Origin: the human T2T-CHM13v2.0 reference genome, Homo sapiens
DNA: 64,000 nt
Assembly: GCF_009914755.1 (NCBI RefSeq)
Contig: NC_060930.1
Reading direction: 5' to 3' (one strand)
The translations under genes were made by a program, and so were the position numbers. Each line of letters starts with the position of its first letter. Positions within the stretch are counted from its first letter, which is position 1. Below the pieces are notes generated by a model. That model saw nothing but the letters and a program-made list of their open reading frames with translations. It searched no databases and was not told the DNA's origin. This document shows, piece after piece, positions 1 through 12,637 of this stretch.

Positions 1-2399
1 TTTTTACTCCATTTGAAAATATTTATTTGGCTTGAGGAAACAGGAATCCTTTGGAGGCAAATAATTCAATCTGGCAATTTAAAAACCAATTAAGGATTTC
101 AGAAAACCCTTCTCCCTTATGGCTAAAAAATAAGATCCAAAAAAATATGCCAGAAAATGGGTATATTATTTTAATTAGCTTAATTCATTGATAATTTTTT
201 TTAGTCAATGATTAAAGAAGCTATTTTTGATCCTTCACTTCAAGCTTGTAAATTTGCACTGCAGGCTTTCTATGGATGCCTAATATTGAAACAGAAGCAG
301 GTGGTTTTATTTCATAGTGGAATTTAAGTGCCACATCATTATACATTAATTTTATTTAAATGATCAGGTTTATAAAACAATAACTTACATGCATCATGTT
401 TCTAATACTTGTTTACTTAACCTTTATCTAGATGAAAAATTTGAGGGTCTGATGGATTCTGTGGGTCTCTTCTCATCAGAGGCAATTCTGCACTTTTTTG
501 TAAACTGGGCATCTCAATTATGATAAAAGCTTCCCTTAATTCAGGAGGAACATGAAACACTATAGCGAAACACAGGAGTATATTAGCACTGAAATTTTTT
601 TTTACCACTTTAATAACTGCAACAGTTTTGATAGCTAAATTGAAAGAATGCCTTTCTAATCATCAAAGGTAACTCAGCAGTTTTCTCACTCTCCAAAATT
701 TTTTGCAAGAAGTAGTTTGAACGGGCAATTTGATGAGACTAAACAAAACACGAATGTGTGCCAACATGTTGTTCAGTCTCACACTATCAAGTTTATTACC
801 TGCAAATATCAGTGGAAAAAAAGCGAGAAGGAAAAGAGTGGATTTACACATACAGACCCACATCTGCCACGTGCGTGTTCGCCTATGATCACATACCAGC
901 ATGCCACCACTGTTTACAATCAAGGAAAGCTGAGAGTTAAATGAGATGAGTAATCAAATGCCCAGCATATGTTGTTTTTGCATTGTTTATGTGACCAATC
1001 ATTATTAAAATTTATCATCTTTTAATTATATCAGTTTATGATAGTTTTTTTAAAAAACCAACACGCACCAACAACAGAACAACAGACAGCCTCTTCAACA
1101 AAAACAGGCTCTCATTTAGAACAATATTGGAACCAGTGCTTTATTGGGGGAGAGACTCAAATTCAATAGACTCACCATTGCACTGTTTCACAATTCTTTC
1201 TTTGCTGCTATATATGGCTTGAGTGCTGAGAAAATGGCCCCCCCCCAAAAAAAAGGAAAAAAAGAAAAAAGATTGTGTGTGTAAAACTCTGTCAAAAAAA
1301 AGTAAGGCACTGAAAGAACTATTGAAAATTTTGACATCTGTTTATCTGTTTATAGCTATGGCAAGATCACTCATATTAATTCTTGTTTAAAATGCCATAT
1401 GAAGGAAAGACATTTGTGCAAACAAGAGTCATATTTGAATTGTAGATCATGTCTTCACCATCTGTGAGAGCTGATGGTGTTGCAAAATTAATGTGTTAAT
1501 GAAATCACAATAATTTCTCCAAAGTAATGGGTTCTGAAGCTGAGAATGAGTATTTTTTGAACTTTGATGTCTAGTGATTTCCAATTGGGAAAAGCTCTCA
1601 GCCTTTAATTAGTTCTGCAGCCCAACTTTAAAATAAATTTGGTGATGTCTTTCTTTTGCCAAGAGTAGATTTGAAGGGGGGAAAAAGCCATAACAACTTT
1701 TGGAAAATGTTCTCTGGTGTTTGAAAAGTTGTTAAATAAGACTGCCTGCCAAGAAATGTCACCAAAAATTCTGACTACTGAGAGAGAGTGGGCAAACAGC
1801 TCAAAAAATAATTCTAGCTTGCTGCAACATCACAGGTTGGGAATAGCTAAACCTCACACAGACTTCATGATTAATTCCAAGTTTCTCCTTGGAAGCCAGA
1901 CATAATGATGTTCAGCGCTTTGTGTTATTGGTTAACACAGTACACTCTTTCCAACTGCATTATCAAACATAGTCAACAGTGTAAAGTGACTTCGCATGAG
2001 GAGAATTGTAAGGGGTAATATTTCAAGCCCATTGAACTTTCTGGAGAACCTTTCCCTCCAAAACTCTTTAGGTTTGCATTTACAATGAGCCTCTCTGACA
2101 AGTGAAAATGTGTGGGCAGGTACATTGTACAGGTATATATATTCCCTTTTCTCAGAACCATCTTTAAGTCATGCTTAAAGGGGACAACACAATTTAAGAA
2201 AAAAGAATAGGAGGTTGTGATAATTGGTATTCTGAAGAGCTCATATTTATAAAGCCAACCCATCATTTTACAAACATTTCAGAATTTTACCTTTTAGAAG
2301 GAAACAGTTCTGCCTGTTTGAGAAGTGCTGGTAAAGTTTAAAAGAACCTTTATGTGAAACACGAAACGTCATCTACCCAGGTAAATTGCTTGTCTTACC

Positions 2400-2428
2400 T
2401 GTTGTGGTTTTTTATTACTGTGTTGTAG
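2400..2428 (+). other. SOBP: 3' splice acceptor of the large SOBP exon (phase 0)
   Basis: T-rich tract gttgtggttttttattactgtgttgtAG directly precedes the in-frame FCS finger. Confidence 0.9.
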
Positions 2429-4381
2429 GTATGTGACTGGTGTAAGCACATAAGACACACAAAAGAATACCTGGATTTTGGGGACGGGGAAAGAAGGCTT
2501 CAGTTCTGCAGTGCAAAATGTCTCAATCAATACAAAATGGACATTTTCTACAAAGAGACCCAGGCCAATCTTCCAGCTGGGCTGTGCAGCACATTACACC
2601 CTCCCATGGAAAATAAAGCAGAAGGCACCGGGGTGCAGCTGCTCACTCCAGACTCTTGGAATATCCCGCTAACAGATGCTCGGAGGAAGGCCCCCTCCCC
2701 GGTGGCTACAGCTGGCCAAAGCCAGGGCCCTGGCCCGTCGGCGTCCACCACCGTCTCTCCATCTGACACTGCCAACTGCTCTGTCACTAAAATCCCCACG
2801 CCAGTGCCCAAGTCCATCCCCATCAGCGAGACTCCAAATATCCCTCCTGTCTCCGTCCAGCCACCTGCTAGCATCGGGCCTCCCCTTGGCGTCCCGCCTC
2901 GGAGCCCTCCCATGGTGATGACCAACCGCGGCCCGGTGCCGCTGCCCATCTTCATGGAGCAGCAGATCATGCAGCAGATCCGCCCGCCCTTCATCCGCGG
3001 GCCTCCGCACCATGCCTCCAACCCCAACAGCCCCCTGTCCAACCCCATGCTTCCCGGCATCGGGCCCCCGCCCGGTGGCCCCAGAAACCTGGGCCCCACT
3101 TCCAGCCCCATGCACCGGCCCATGCTATCGCCCCACATCCACCCCCCGAGCACCCCCACCATGCCCGGGAACCCCCCAGGCCTGCTGCCCCCGCCGCCTC
3201 CGGGCGCCCCGCTGCCGAGTCTTCCCTTCCCGCCAGTGAGCATGATGCCAAATGGCCCGATGCCGGTGCCCCAGATGATGAATTTCGGGCTGCCGTCGCT
3301 TGCCCCGCTGGTGCCGCCCCCGACCCTGCTCGTGCCGTACCCCGTGATCGTGCCCCTACCGGTGCCCATCCCCATCCCCATCCCTATCCCTCACGTCAGC
3401 GACTCCAAGCCCCCCAACGGGTTCTCCAGCAACGGGGAGAACTTCATTCCGAACGCCCCTGGCGACTCCGCGGCGGCGGGCGGCAAGCCAAGCGGACACT
3501 CCCTGTCCCCCCGGGACTCCAAGCAGGGCTCGTCCAAGTCCGCGGACTCGCCCCCCGGCTGCTCGGGCCAGGCCCTGAGCCTGGCGCCCACGCCCGCCGA
3601 GCATGGCCGGAGCGAGGTGGTGGACCTGACGCGGCGCGCCGGCAGCCCCCCGGGCCCCCCGGGCGCGGGCGGCCAGCTCGGCTTCCCAGGCGTGCTGCAG
3701 GGCCCGCAGGACGGCGTCATCGACCTGACCGTGGGCCACCGAGCCCGGCTGCACAACGTGATCCACCGCGCGCTGCACGCGCACGTCAAGGCGGAGCGCG
3801 AGCCGGGCGCCGCGGAGCGCAGGACCTGCGGCGGCTGCAGGGACGGCCACTGCAGCCCGCCCGCCGCCGGCGACCCAGGCCCGGGCGCCCCGGCGGGCCC
3901 CGAGGCGGCCGCGGCCTGCAACGTCATCGTGAACGGCACGCGCGGCGCCGCCGCCGAGGGCGCTAAGAGCGCGGAGCCGCCTCCCGAGCAGCCGCCGCCG
4001 CCGCCGCCGCCCGCGCCCCCCAAGAAGCTGCTGTCGCCTGAGGAACCGGCGGTGAGCGAGCTAGAGTCGGTCAAGGAGAATAACTGTGCTTCCAACTGCC
4101 ACCTGGACGGGGAGGCGGCCAAAAAGCTGATGGGCGAGGAGGCCCTGGCGGGGGGCGACAAGTCAGACCCGAACCTTAATAACCCCGCGGACGAGGACCA
4201 TGCCTATGCTCTGCGGATGCTGCCCAAGACCGGCTGCGTGATCCAGCCTGTGCCAAAACCCGCGGAGAAGGCTGCCATGGCACCGTGCATCATCTCCTCG
4301 CCCATGCTCAGCGCCGGGCCTGAGGACCTGGAGCCGCCGCTCAAAAGGAGGTGCCTCCGAATTAGAAATCAGAATAAGTAA
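2429..4381 (+). CDS. SOBP: Sine oculis-binding protein homolog, large last coding exon (650 codons, approx. aa 224-873); upstream exons lie outside the window
   Basis: Acceptor ttgtAG at 2427-2428, then in-frame [36 protein letters not shown] (FCS zinc finger, 36 codons) runs into the 614-aa ORF at 2537. Pro-rich region, PVPIPIPIP box, SIMs VVDLT (3617-3631) and VIDLT (3716-3730), SUMO consensus VKAE (3785-3796), C-terminal [18 protein letters not shown] at 4379-4381. CGA at 3740-3742 falls at codon 661, matching the recalled R661X disease codon. Confidence 0.97.
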   Translation, partial: VCDWCKHIRHTKEYLDFGDGERRLQFCSAKCLNQYKMDIFYKETQANLPAGLCSTLHPPMENKAEGTGVQLLTPDSWNIPLTDARRKAPSPVATAGQSQGPGPSASTTVSPSDTANCSVTKIPTPVPKSIPISETPNIPPVSVQPPASIGPPLGVPPRSPPMVMTNRGPVPLPIFMEQQIMQQIRPPFIRGPPHHASNPNSPLSNPMLPGIGPPPGGPRNLGPTSSPMHRPMLSPHIHPPSTPTMPGNPPGLLPPPPPGAPLPSLPFPPVSMMPNGPMPVPQMMNFGLPSLAPLVPPPTLLVPYPVIVPLPVPIPIPIPIPHVSDSKPPNGFSSNGENFIPNAPGDSAAAGGKPSGHSLSPRDSKQGSSKSADSPPGCSGQALSLAPTPAEHGRSEVVDLTRRAGSPPGPPGAGGQLGFPGVLQGPQDGVIDLTVGHRARLHNVIHRALHAHVKAEREPGAAERRTCGGCRDGHCSPPAAGDPGPGAPAGPEAAAACNVIVNGTRGAAAEGAKSAEPPPEQPPPPPPPAPPKKLLSPEEPAVSELESVKENNCASNCHLDGEAAKKLMGEEALAGGDKSDPNLNNPADEDHAYALRMLPKTGCVIQPVPKPAEKAAMAPCIISSPMLSAGPEDLEPPLKRRCLRIRNQNK

Positions 4382-4410
4382 AAGGTTTGTATGTCCGCCG
4401 GGCGCTCCTC
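2880..4410. promoter_or_regulatory. Intragenic CpG island covering most of the last coding exon
   Basis: Very high GC and dense CpG (e.g. 3480-4070) against AT-rich, CpG-poor flanks; boundaries estimated by eye. Confidence 0.85.
3992..4012 (+). repeat. SOBP: (CCG)6CCC coding repeat, poly-Pro7
   Basis: ccgccgccgccgccgccgccc encoding the P7 of [12 protein letters not shown]. Confidence 0.9.
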
Positions 4411-4539
4411 CACACCAGCCAGTGCACCTCTCCTTACTTCTGACAAGGCAGAGGGGAGAGTTGTAATTATAGTCATGATTTTACCGTGTGTGTTTTATAT
4501 TGCACACGGTGTGGTCACGCTATCAACATTCTGAGCCAG

Positions 4540-4660
4540 CAGCTCTGATGCTGAGTTGTTCAGTAGCATCATTCCCATTTTACAGCCGAGGAAACTGAGC
4601 CACAGCATGTGAGTGCCAAGCCCCGGGTCACTTACTTGAGGGGAGAGCTCAGTCTCCAAC
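4540..4660 (-). mobile_element. MIR SINE fragment
   Basis: cccattttacagccgaggaaactgag...gtcac, the MIR core. Confidence 0.6.
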
Positions 4661-5759
4661 CTGTCATGAAATATTGTCTCTCCAATTACACTTTATTATC
4701 ATGCTCATCTCCGTAAATCACCCTATTGGAGAAGAGGAGGATGGGGGGAGGGAGAAGAGATTAACTTGGGACACCTAAATGTGTGATCATGAGGTTGCAG
4801 GGCAGTGGTGAAATGTCCAGTGAACCCATGAGCTGGGCCACCTACTAAATAGAGCTGGTTGCCTCATTGGCAGAATGTCACCAAATTTTCTTGATAAGGA
4901 CGGGATTCCATTTGTAAAGTGAGAATGAAACCTAACTCTTACATGCATATGTCAGCTGAACCCAGGCCACTGAGTCCTATTTGCCTGGCAGGGTGTCTTT
5001 CCTGTTCATGGGGTCTCCTTCCTGCAGTTTGGCACCAAGCAGCATCCCCCAGGGTAGGCCTCAAGCGTCACTGACCAGCTTTGCTCTCTCCCCCTTTTGG
5101 GGCCCAGCGGCTTAGCTGATGAGTTGCTCACCTTTGCAGGTAATGGGAGGCTTCGATAGGGAAGAGGGTGGCATTGCTAAAGTGAGTGACACTGCACATC
5201 TCTGACCTCATAGACAGACTCCTGCCCAATGCCAAGTGAGCCGCCAAGAGTGAGTTAAATTTTTCAATATTGGGAAGGGGAACTAACATGTGTGCCTGTC
5301 ATAGGCAGAGGTGGCCTCATTTGCTCCTCCTGCCAATTCTGGTGGAATAGGCATCATCTGTATCTCACCAAGGAGGCAGATGAAGCTTAGATACTGTGCC
5401 CGAAGCAGAGCTGGTACGTGGGGAAGCCGTATTCAACTCAGGCCTGTTGGACACAGCCCAAGCTCTCCCGTCTATCCAAGCGGGCATCAAACAGGCCAAA
5501 ATTCAGTTGAGTTTATCAACTTCTTATGGAGAGGAAGAGGAGAGATGAGCATTTATTGAGCACCTAACTTGTACACTGCTCCTTCCAGGGACTAGGGAGA
5601 TACAAAGGTAAATGATGGCGTGCCCCCATCTGGTGGGAGTGCAAACTCCAGGAGGAAGGAAGCGGGGGCCAGGAGAGTGGATCTCGTAAGATGAATAATT
5701 GCTCACATTTGTATGCAGGCTGTCTTCTAAGTGTTTTTCGGTAGTATTTATTTGGATCT

Positions 5760-5895
5760 GGGTCCATAGGACAATTATCGTCTTCATTTTATTGATGAGG
5801 AAACCAAGACAGAGACATTAAAGTAACTTGCCCAAGATTTTACCAAATTAGCAGAGTTGAGATGCAAATCCAGGCTGTCTGACTCCAGAGCTGCA
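5760..5895 (-). mobile_element. MIR SINE fragment
   Basis: gatgaggaaaccaagacagaga...aagtaacttgcccaag...ctgactccagagc. Confidence 0.7.
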
Positions 5896-7108
5896 TTTTT
5901 TAAAAAACCACTGTAGGAGAATAGGCTAATTAGTTTCTTTATTACCCTACATACTAAAATTGTTTTACCCACCTCAGTGGGTAAAACAACCCTCAGTTGT
6001 CATAGGGGAAAGTTTCTTAAAAAACAAACAAAAACTAAGTCTACCTCCTAACTTCTCTAAGTGTTCAGACAGTTGAATTCTTGTTTCTGCAGCACCAACA
6101 AGCCTAAATTACCAACCCATTACTCCACAGTGGGAAATACAAACGTGGAGCACAGCACTTGCTGTGGTGTGTCCAGTCCCTGGTCTCTAAGTTGGGCCCC
6201 TAGCATAGCCAGGAGATTGCTTGGGAAGCACAGACCAGAGCAAGGAGACTTGTCAGTTGTGGAAGAAAGGTTTCTCAGCCACCATCGTTCGAGGTTTCCT
6301 TTTCCTCTGATGGCTTTGCCAGTAGAGGAAGAATACTAAAAATGAGTTCACCATTCCTTCTTGATTTTACATCTACAAGTTCTGCTGCCTGAAGACAGAT
6401 GGCCTCAGCCTTCTCACAGTCACCTCAATTGAAAATGCCCCTGATTTCTTCACGAGAGTAATTTAATCTGGTTGACAAAGCTGTGAGTAATGGGAAGATG
6501 TGTGACAAAAAAAGTGACGGCCTTCAGAAAGTCAGAAAGCATTGGGAATTGTCACTTTAAACACATTCTAATATCACTCATTCAGGTGAGGCTGAAAAGA
6601 AGAAGAATGGGAGGGTGAGAGATTTTACTATTATACCATCATTGGAGTGAGAAGTGACCAGGTCAAGAATAGTGACACTAACATATGAGTAGCTTGGGAC
6701 CAAAATAACATAAAAACATAAAATACACGATGGCTATTTGGATGATATATGTTTCTGAATAAAGAATCAGTCTTGTATGTGGACCAGAATCATTAAAAAT
6801 ATCAACCTGGCTCCAGCCAATTTCAGAAGATGTGGTGATGAAATTGCCCACTACCTCTTGAGATTGAAGAGTTCTTTCAATGATGGGTCCCCCAAGAAAT
6901 TACAGCTTTTCTTTAAAATCAGAAATACAGAAATACTCAGGCTTTGTCAGCTACGAAAGGGTGACAAGGCAAGTGATTTAAGATGGGGGAAAAACCACCT
7001 CTCCTCCACTAAATCACATTTCCTCTTGCCCTCAGAAGTTCCGTGTCACCTCACAGCACAGTCTCAACCTGCCACAATTTACTCACATTCTCTGGCCCTT
7101 CCTGGTTT

Positions 7109-7430
7109 GTTTTATTTATTTATTTATTTATTTATTTATTATTTTTTGAGACAGAGTCTCAATCTGTCACCCAGGCTGGAGCGCAGTGGCGCGACCTTGG
7201 CTCACTGCAACCTCGGCTGCCTGGGTTCAAGTGATTCTCCTGCCTCAGCCTCCTGAGTAGCTGGGGTTATAGCCACGCGCCACGATGCCCAGCTAATCTT
7301 TGTATTTTTAGTAGAGACAGGGTTTTGCCATGTTGGCCAGGCTGGTCTCGAACTCCTGACCTCAGGTGATCCACCCACCTCGGCCTCCCAAAGTGCTGGG
7401 ATTACAGGTGTGAGCCAACGTGCCCAGGCC
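7109..7430 (-). mobile_element. AluS (Sx/Sz-like), full length
   Basis: (TTTA)n tail, gagacagagtctc...ctcaggtgatccacccacctcggcctcccaaagtgctggg; flanking cccttcctg direct repeat. Confidence 0.95.
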
Positions 7431-7746
7431 CCTTCCTGTTTTTTTGTGCACATGTGGTGCTGTTTTTCTTCTATGCCTTCAGAAACCCAGACCGTTCATA
7501 TGGTTGGGGAAATTGGAAGTGTATCCACTAAATAAAGGACCGTATGGCTTTTGTGCCCTGATGCTGAACACTGGTGACAAGTTAAAAGCCAAAGTGGAAA
7601 GTGTTACAAACCAAAAGCAAAACTCAGGCTGAGATGTGGTGGGTGAGGTGCAGGTGAATGATTTCTCCGTGTGCTTGTTGGTGATTCATTATATATTATT
7701 TCTCATATATATTCATTATATATTATATAGGATAATCTGTCAATAA

Positions 7747-8120
<374 letters not shown>

Positions 8121-11100
8121 CTGTAGTACTGTTTAAAAAAATCATTTAAAATAGATCAAAAGCAGACCAAAGTATCTAGAAATTAGCAACCGAGGCAGCT
8201 ACAGTTGTCTTCAAGGAAGTCTTATTTGCTAGTTCTTTGTAAATTATAGGGTTTTTTTTTCCCCATTTGGAAATTATTCTGTTCCTGGTTACCTGCCTTT
8301 ATGCATTCTTGTGTGTTGATATGATTACAAATGATTTCAGTGGACAACTATTTTCCCCAGATGCAGAACTAATTAAGTTTAGTTGAAGATTTTAAAAGGT
8401 TGTAAACTTCCTTTGATCTTCAACTTTTAAGACTCCAAATGCCAGTTTTGCAGCTTCTGTAAGCTGGAAAAAATATCCCCCCAAATAATAAGGAAAACAA
8501 TGTATAAACATTTTCCGAACTATTCTATCCACAAAGAATTCCATTTATAAATGGAATACTCCCTTCTTTGTCTTTGCCTAGGAGCTTGAGGGATAGCTGT
8601 TTGTATTTGTACATTTTCTGAATTTCTACAGTTTACACTTGTTTATGGTACATTGGGGAGTTCAGAGTAACCATTTGCAAATGTTTGAAGATATTCAAAA
8701 GAAAATATTCCCCCTCCTCAGTTTTCCAGGGAAATGACATAGACTCTTTAAGTAAAATAATCAATGGAAAAAATGTGTACAAGGAGTAACCCTTTCATCT
8801 CACTTTTCCACCTTTGTGGCTCCCAAATTTCTAAGTTTCAAAAACCAGAAAGAAAATATAAGACCCTTTTTCCTGGTCCCAATTCCATGATACTACTCCA
8901 GGCTCAGCAGGGGGGACTTGACATCTTATTTTCTCAGGGAAAGCTGGAGGAGGCACCTGTAGTTTGGCTTTTTGGAGTTTAATTATTAGTCTGGTCATGG
9001 AGCCACAGTCCTAGAAACAACTGTTCCAAGGCAAGGAGTTCACTTCATTGGGGAAGCCAAAAGGGTGGAGGTCCCAAAAAGTTTTTTGCCAATTTAGTTT
9101 CTCAAACTGAGAAGTTCAAGAGAGGAGGCTGTCTGGGAGGAGGTTGGGAAGTCAGTCCATACATTCGAAACAATACTATAGGTGCCTACTTTTAAAACAA
9201 GGAAAAGAAGGAAAACTGAGAGTGACAAAAGGAAATCAGTATGAATGGGATGTGCTCGGATCCTGTGTCAGACTTGTGCTATCTAATGGTCCAGTACTTG
9301 ACTATTGGGAATATTAATTGGTGACAGTCCCTAAGTTAAGGGTTAGCTTGTCTGTTGGGATGCAGTTGGCACATATAGTTCTAGGTAGAGGTACTTCAGA
9401 GAGCCAGAAAGAAGACACCAGGTCTGTGTCATGGACACATGTGAGTGGGAGGACCTGGGAGTGTGCTTCCTGTGATCATTTCAGACTTGTAGAGGAAAGT
9501 TTTCTGGAATGAATGGTGTCAAGATTGGCCTGAGATATGTCCCAATTCAATGCTGCTGGGACCATGTTAACCCTTATGACCAGGGACTTGGAGGGAAGGT
9601 TTTAATGTACAAGCATCCAACTTTTATATATGATGTCAATCAGGTTATGATGGAATATGAAATGACATCTGTGACTGGATATTTATTACTTTCAGATGTA
9701 CCCATAACCTTCCATCTTCAGCAGGACTGGGACTAGAGTGAAGCAAAGGAAGGGCTTAGGGCAGAGACTTTGAGGAGGCACCCACTCAGGGTCATGCTAG
9801 TGCAGCACTGGTCCTGGCTCTGTCTCCAGATCCATATGGCAGCTCCCTAAAGCTGGTCTCCTGGCCCCCTGGACTCGTCCCTGGATGGCCTTCAGCAACT
9901 CCCCCTGAAATTTCATGGAAAGTTTTATGTGCCTATGCACAGAGGCATTTTCATGGGAGAAGACGTCCATAGATTTTGGCTCCAGAAAAAGTATGCTCTA
10001 TATCTCTGAAGGATTATCTTACCTTATTATGGAGCAATATCTGAGTTGAAATTTTTCTTGTTTCTCTGAGGAAGCTGAATTAATGGAAAGTTTCTCTTAA
10101 AACTTAGAATATATTGTTTGGCAATTTCTGCTGTGGGCCTAATATTGCAGAATCAAAGTTGGAGCTACATCATGTAGCACTTGCCTCAATAAGATTGCCT
10201 TAGTGACACAATGCAAAAGGTTACAGACTTTTCTTCAAGTTACCATTTCCCACAAGGGCCTGTGATGAAAGAAGAAAAGAGAAGCAAGAAAAGAAATAAG
10301 CTAGATACTTCCCCAGCACTTGGACCTTCAAAATTTGTACGATACAGGGAGACACTGTTCTTCTGTGGAAAGATCTTCTACTCTGCCACTGAGGCCAAGA
10401 AAGCAGAATGGCCAGAGTCAGAGAGGTGGACAGGTCGGTGAACACCAGGGCATTGATGTGGCAGTGTCTGGGAGCGCTGCCAATGCTCCCTAGCTCCCCA
10501 GTATGCCTCTTTACTTGGAGAGACTGCACTTGGAAAGAGACGCGTTCGGCCAGCTATTAACCAGCCGTTGCCCAGGAGGGCACTGGAAATCAGTTCCCTG
10601 ACTGGTTTCCAATGAGTCACTCCCTTGCCAGCCTAAGCTGCTGCCTGTGCACCATGTTCAATCATTTACACCTACCTTCATGCAGACAAGTGCTGCAGAG
10701 GGGCAGAGATGTCTGAGGACCAAAATACGCTGCACCGTGGAACACTTACCTCATGTTGTGGAACACTTACCCTCACCCGAACGCCCCGCCTTTTCCAGAC
10801 TTTCCTGTCTAAGAGATCGTGCCAAAGGGACGGGGGTGGCCATGCTGTTTTCTCTTACCGTGTCCTGCACAACTTATTTTGTATCCTTCCGTTGCCGTTT
10901 TAAGTGCATAGCACTTTCTATGTGGATGGATGTTAAGGCAATGCATTCTGCATGTGTAAACTTTTTCTTAGGGCCTCAAAGGGCATAAACGAAATTCATT
11001 CAGAGAAAGAAAGAAATTAGCTTTAGAAAATAAACAATTTAGCACTGGCATCGTTTAACAGGGTCCCATTCTCAAGGAAATGGGGTAAATGCCATTTCAG

Positions 11101-12210
11101 ACACCAGCTCTGAATACTAACTGCAGAGAGTTCTTCTCCAGATTTGTGGATTTCCACAGCACAGAAAAAAAAAATAGGGTGGGGTCAGGATTGGGAACAT
11201 GAGACCATCAACAGGGAGGGGAAGTACACACACATGCACAAAACTTATTTCAAGGGTCATCGAAAAGATTCTAGTGAAAAATGACTGGAGCAAAAGAAAA
11301 TGACAATAACAAAAACTTGGAATTATTCTCTAATGCTTTAAAATAGTCCCAAGTGTACTACATAGTTTAAAATTGGAAATCAGTCAAGTTACCTAACTCT
11401 GCCACTCCTTGGACTGAATTAATGATCATAAGCAAAAAATGCTTGTGCAATTGTACTGTGTGGTCCAGATGTACAGCCCTGAGTAGAGAGATGGGGGCAG
11501 AGCAGACCTGGCTTTCCAGGTAGCCAAGGGGTCAGGGCTGGGGCAAATCAAAGCTTCCAGTGCTCCCAGCCTCATTCCCATCCAGATATTTGGCTGCACC
11601 AGCACTAGTTGTCTCATCATTTTCCCCTCTGAACCTCTGGTTTGTTGTCTGTCTTTGATATAGTAAGCTGTGTTTTGTTTTGGGTAAAAAGGGAAGTAAG
11701 AATGTGACTGATAGTATTTAAAGAACAAAAGGGAGAAACGCTTCATGAATTCATTTGATATGGAACATTGACCTAACATCCAAAAAAATACAACTAAAAA
11801 GTAGATCTTTCCCTCATTTGCATGGCTTATTTCCCCAGATATGTTTTTGGTATTGAAAATGAATGGTATTCCCATACAACATGTGTCTCAATTTGTAATG
11901 ATATCCTCCTTGCAGCTGGCTTAGTTCTGCAAGTGTTTCTAAAATGTTACTGTCTTAAATTTGAACCAACCTACAATAACAAATTATCTAGAAGCAAAGT
12001 GGCTAAACGGCATTTGGAGAGAGAAGGGGAAACCCTATATTTCATCCTTCAACTCTTGTTTTAGAAATTCAGACTGTAACGTGATCTTTTTCTAAAGAAA
12101 TCTACACACACACACTTTAAAAACTGTGCAGCTTGGGTGTTGTGGGAGCAAGAATGATCAGGTTTAAGTTTCTCTGCAAAGCTCTGCATCCCATCAACAA
12201 GCTCTTTTGA

Positions 12211-12637
<427 letters not shown>

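Noticed and set aside
2537-2539. ATG of the 614-aa ORF as the true start
   Set aside because: The frame extends 36 codons upstream to a splice acceptor and encodes the FCS finger; this is an internal Met
2548-4161. Long antisense ORFs (277 aa and 256 aa, same frame, one stop apart) and other overlapping ORFs on the SOBP exon
   Set aside because: Shadow ORFs: this frame shares wobble positions with the sense frame, and high GC3 with few Tyr codons removes antisense stops; products are low-complexity Gly-rich
6330-6920. Possible processed pseudogene or ancient LINE remnant
   Set aside because: No recognisable protein in the frames tried; needs a Dfam/BLAST search
6777-7453. 159-aa ORF and other ORFs containing LSPRLECSG / PASAS / [13 protein letters not shown] (also near 12.3, 13.1, 18.1, 50.0, 52.8, 57.1, 57.7 and 62.1 kb)
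   Set aside because: Alu-derived translations
10737-10775. 14-bp direct repeat gtggaacacttacc
   Set aside because: Ordinary short tandem duplication
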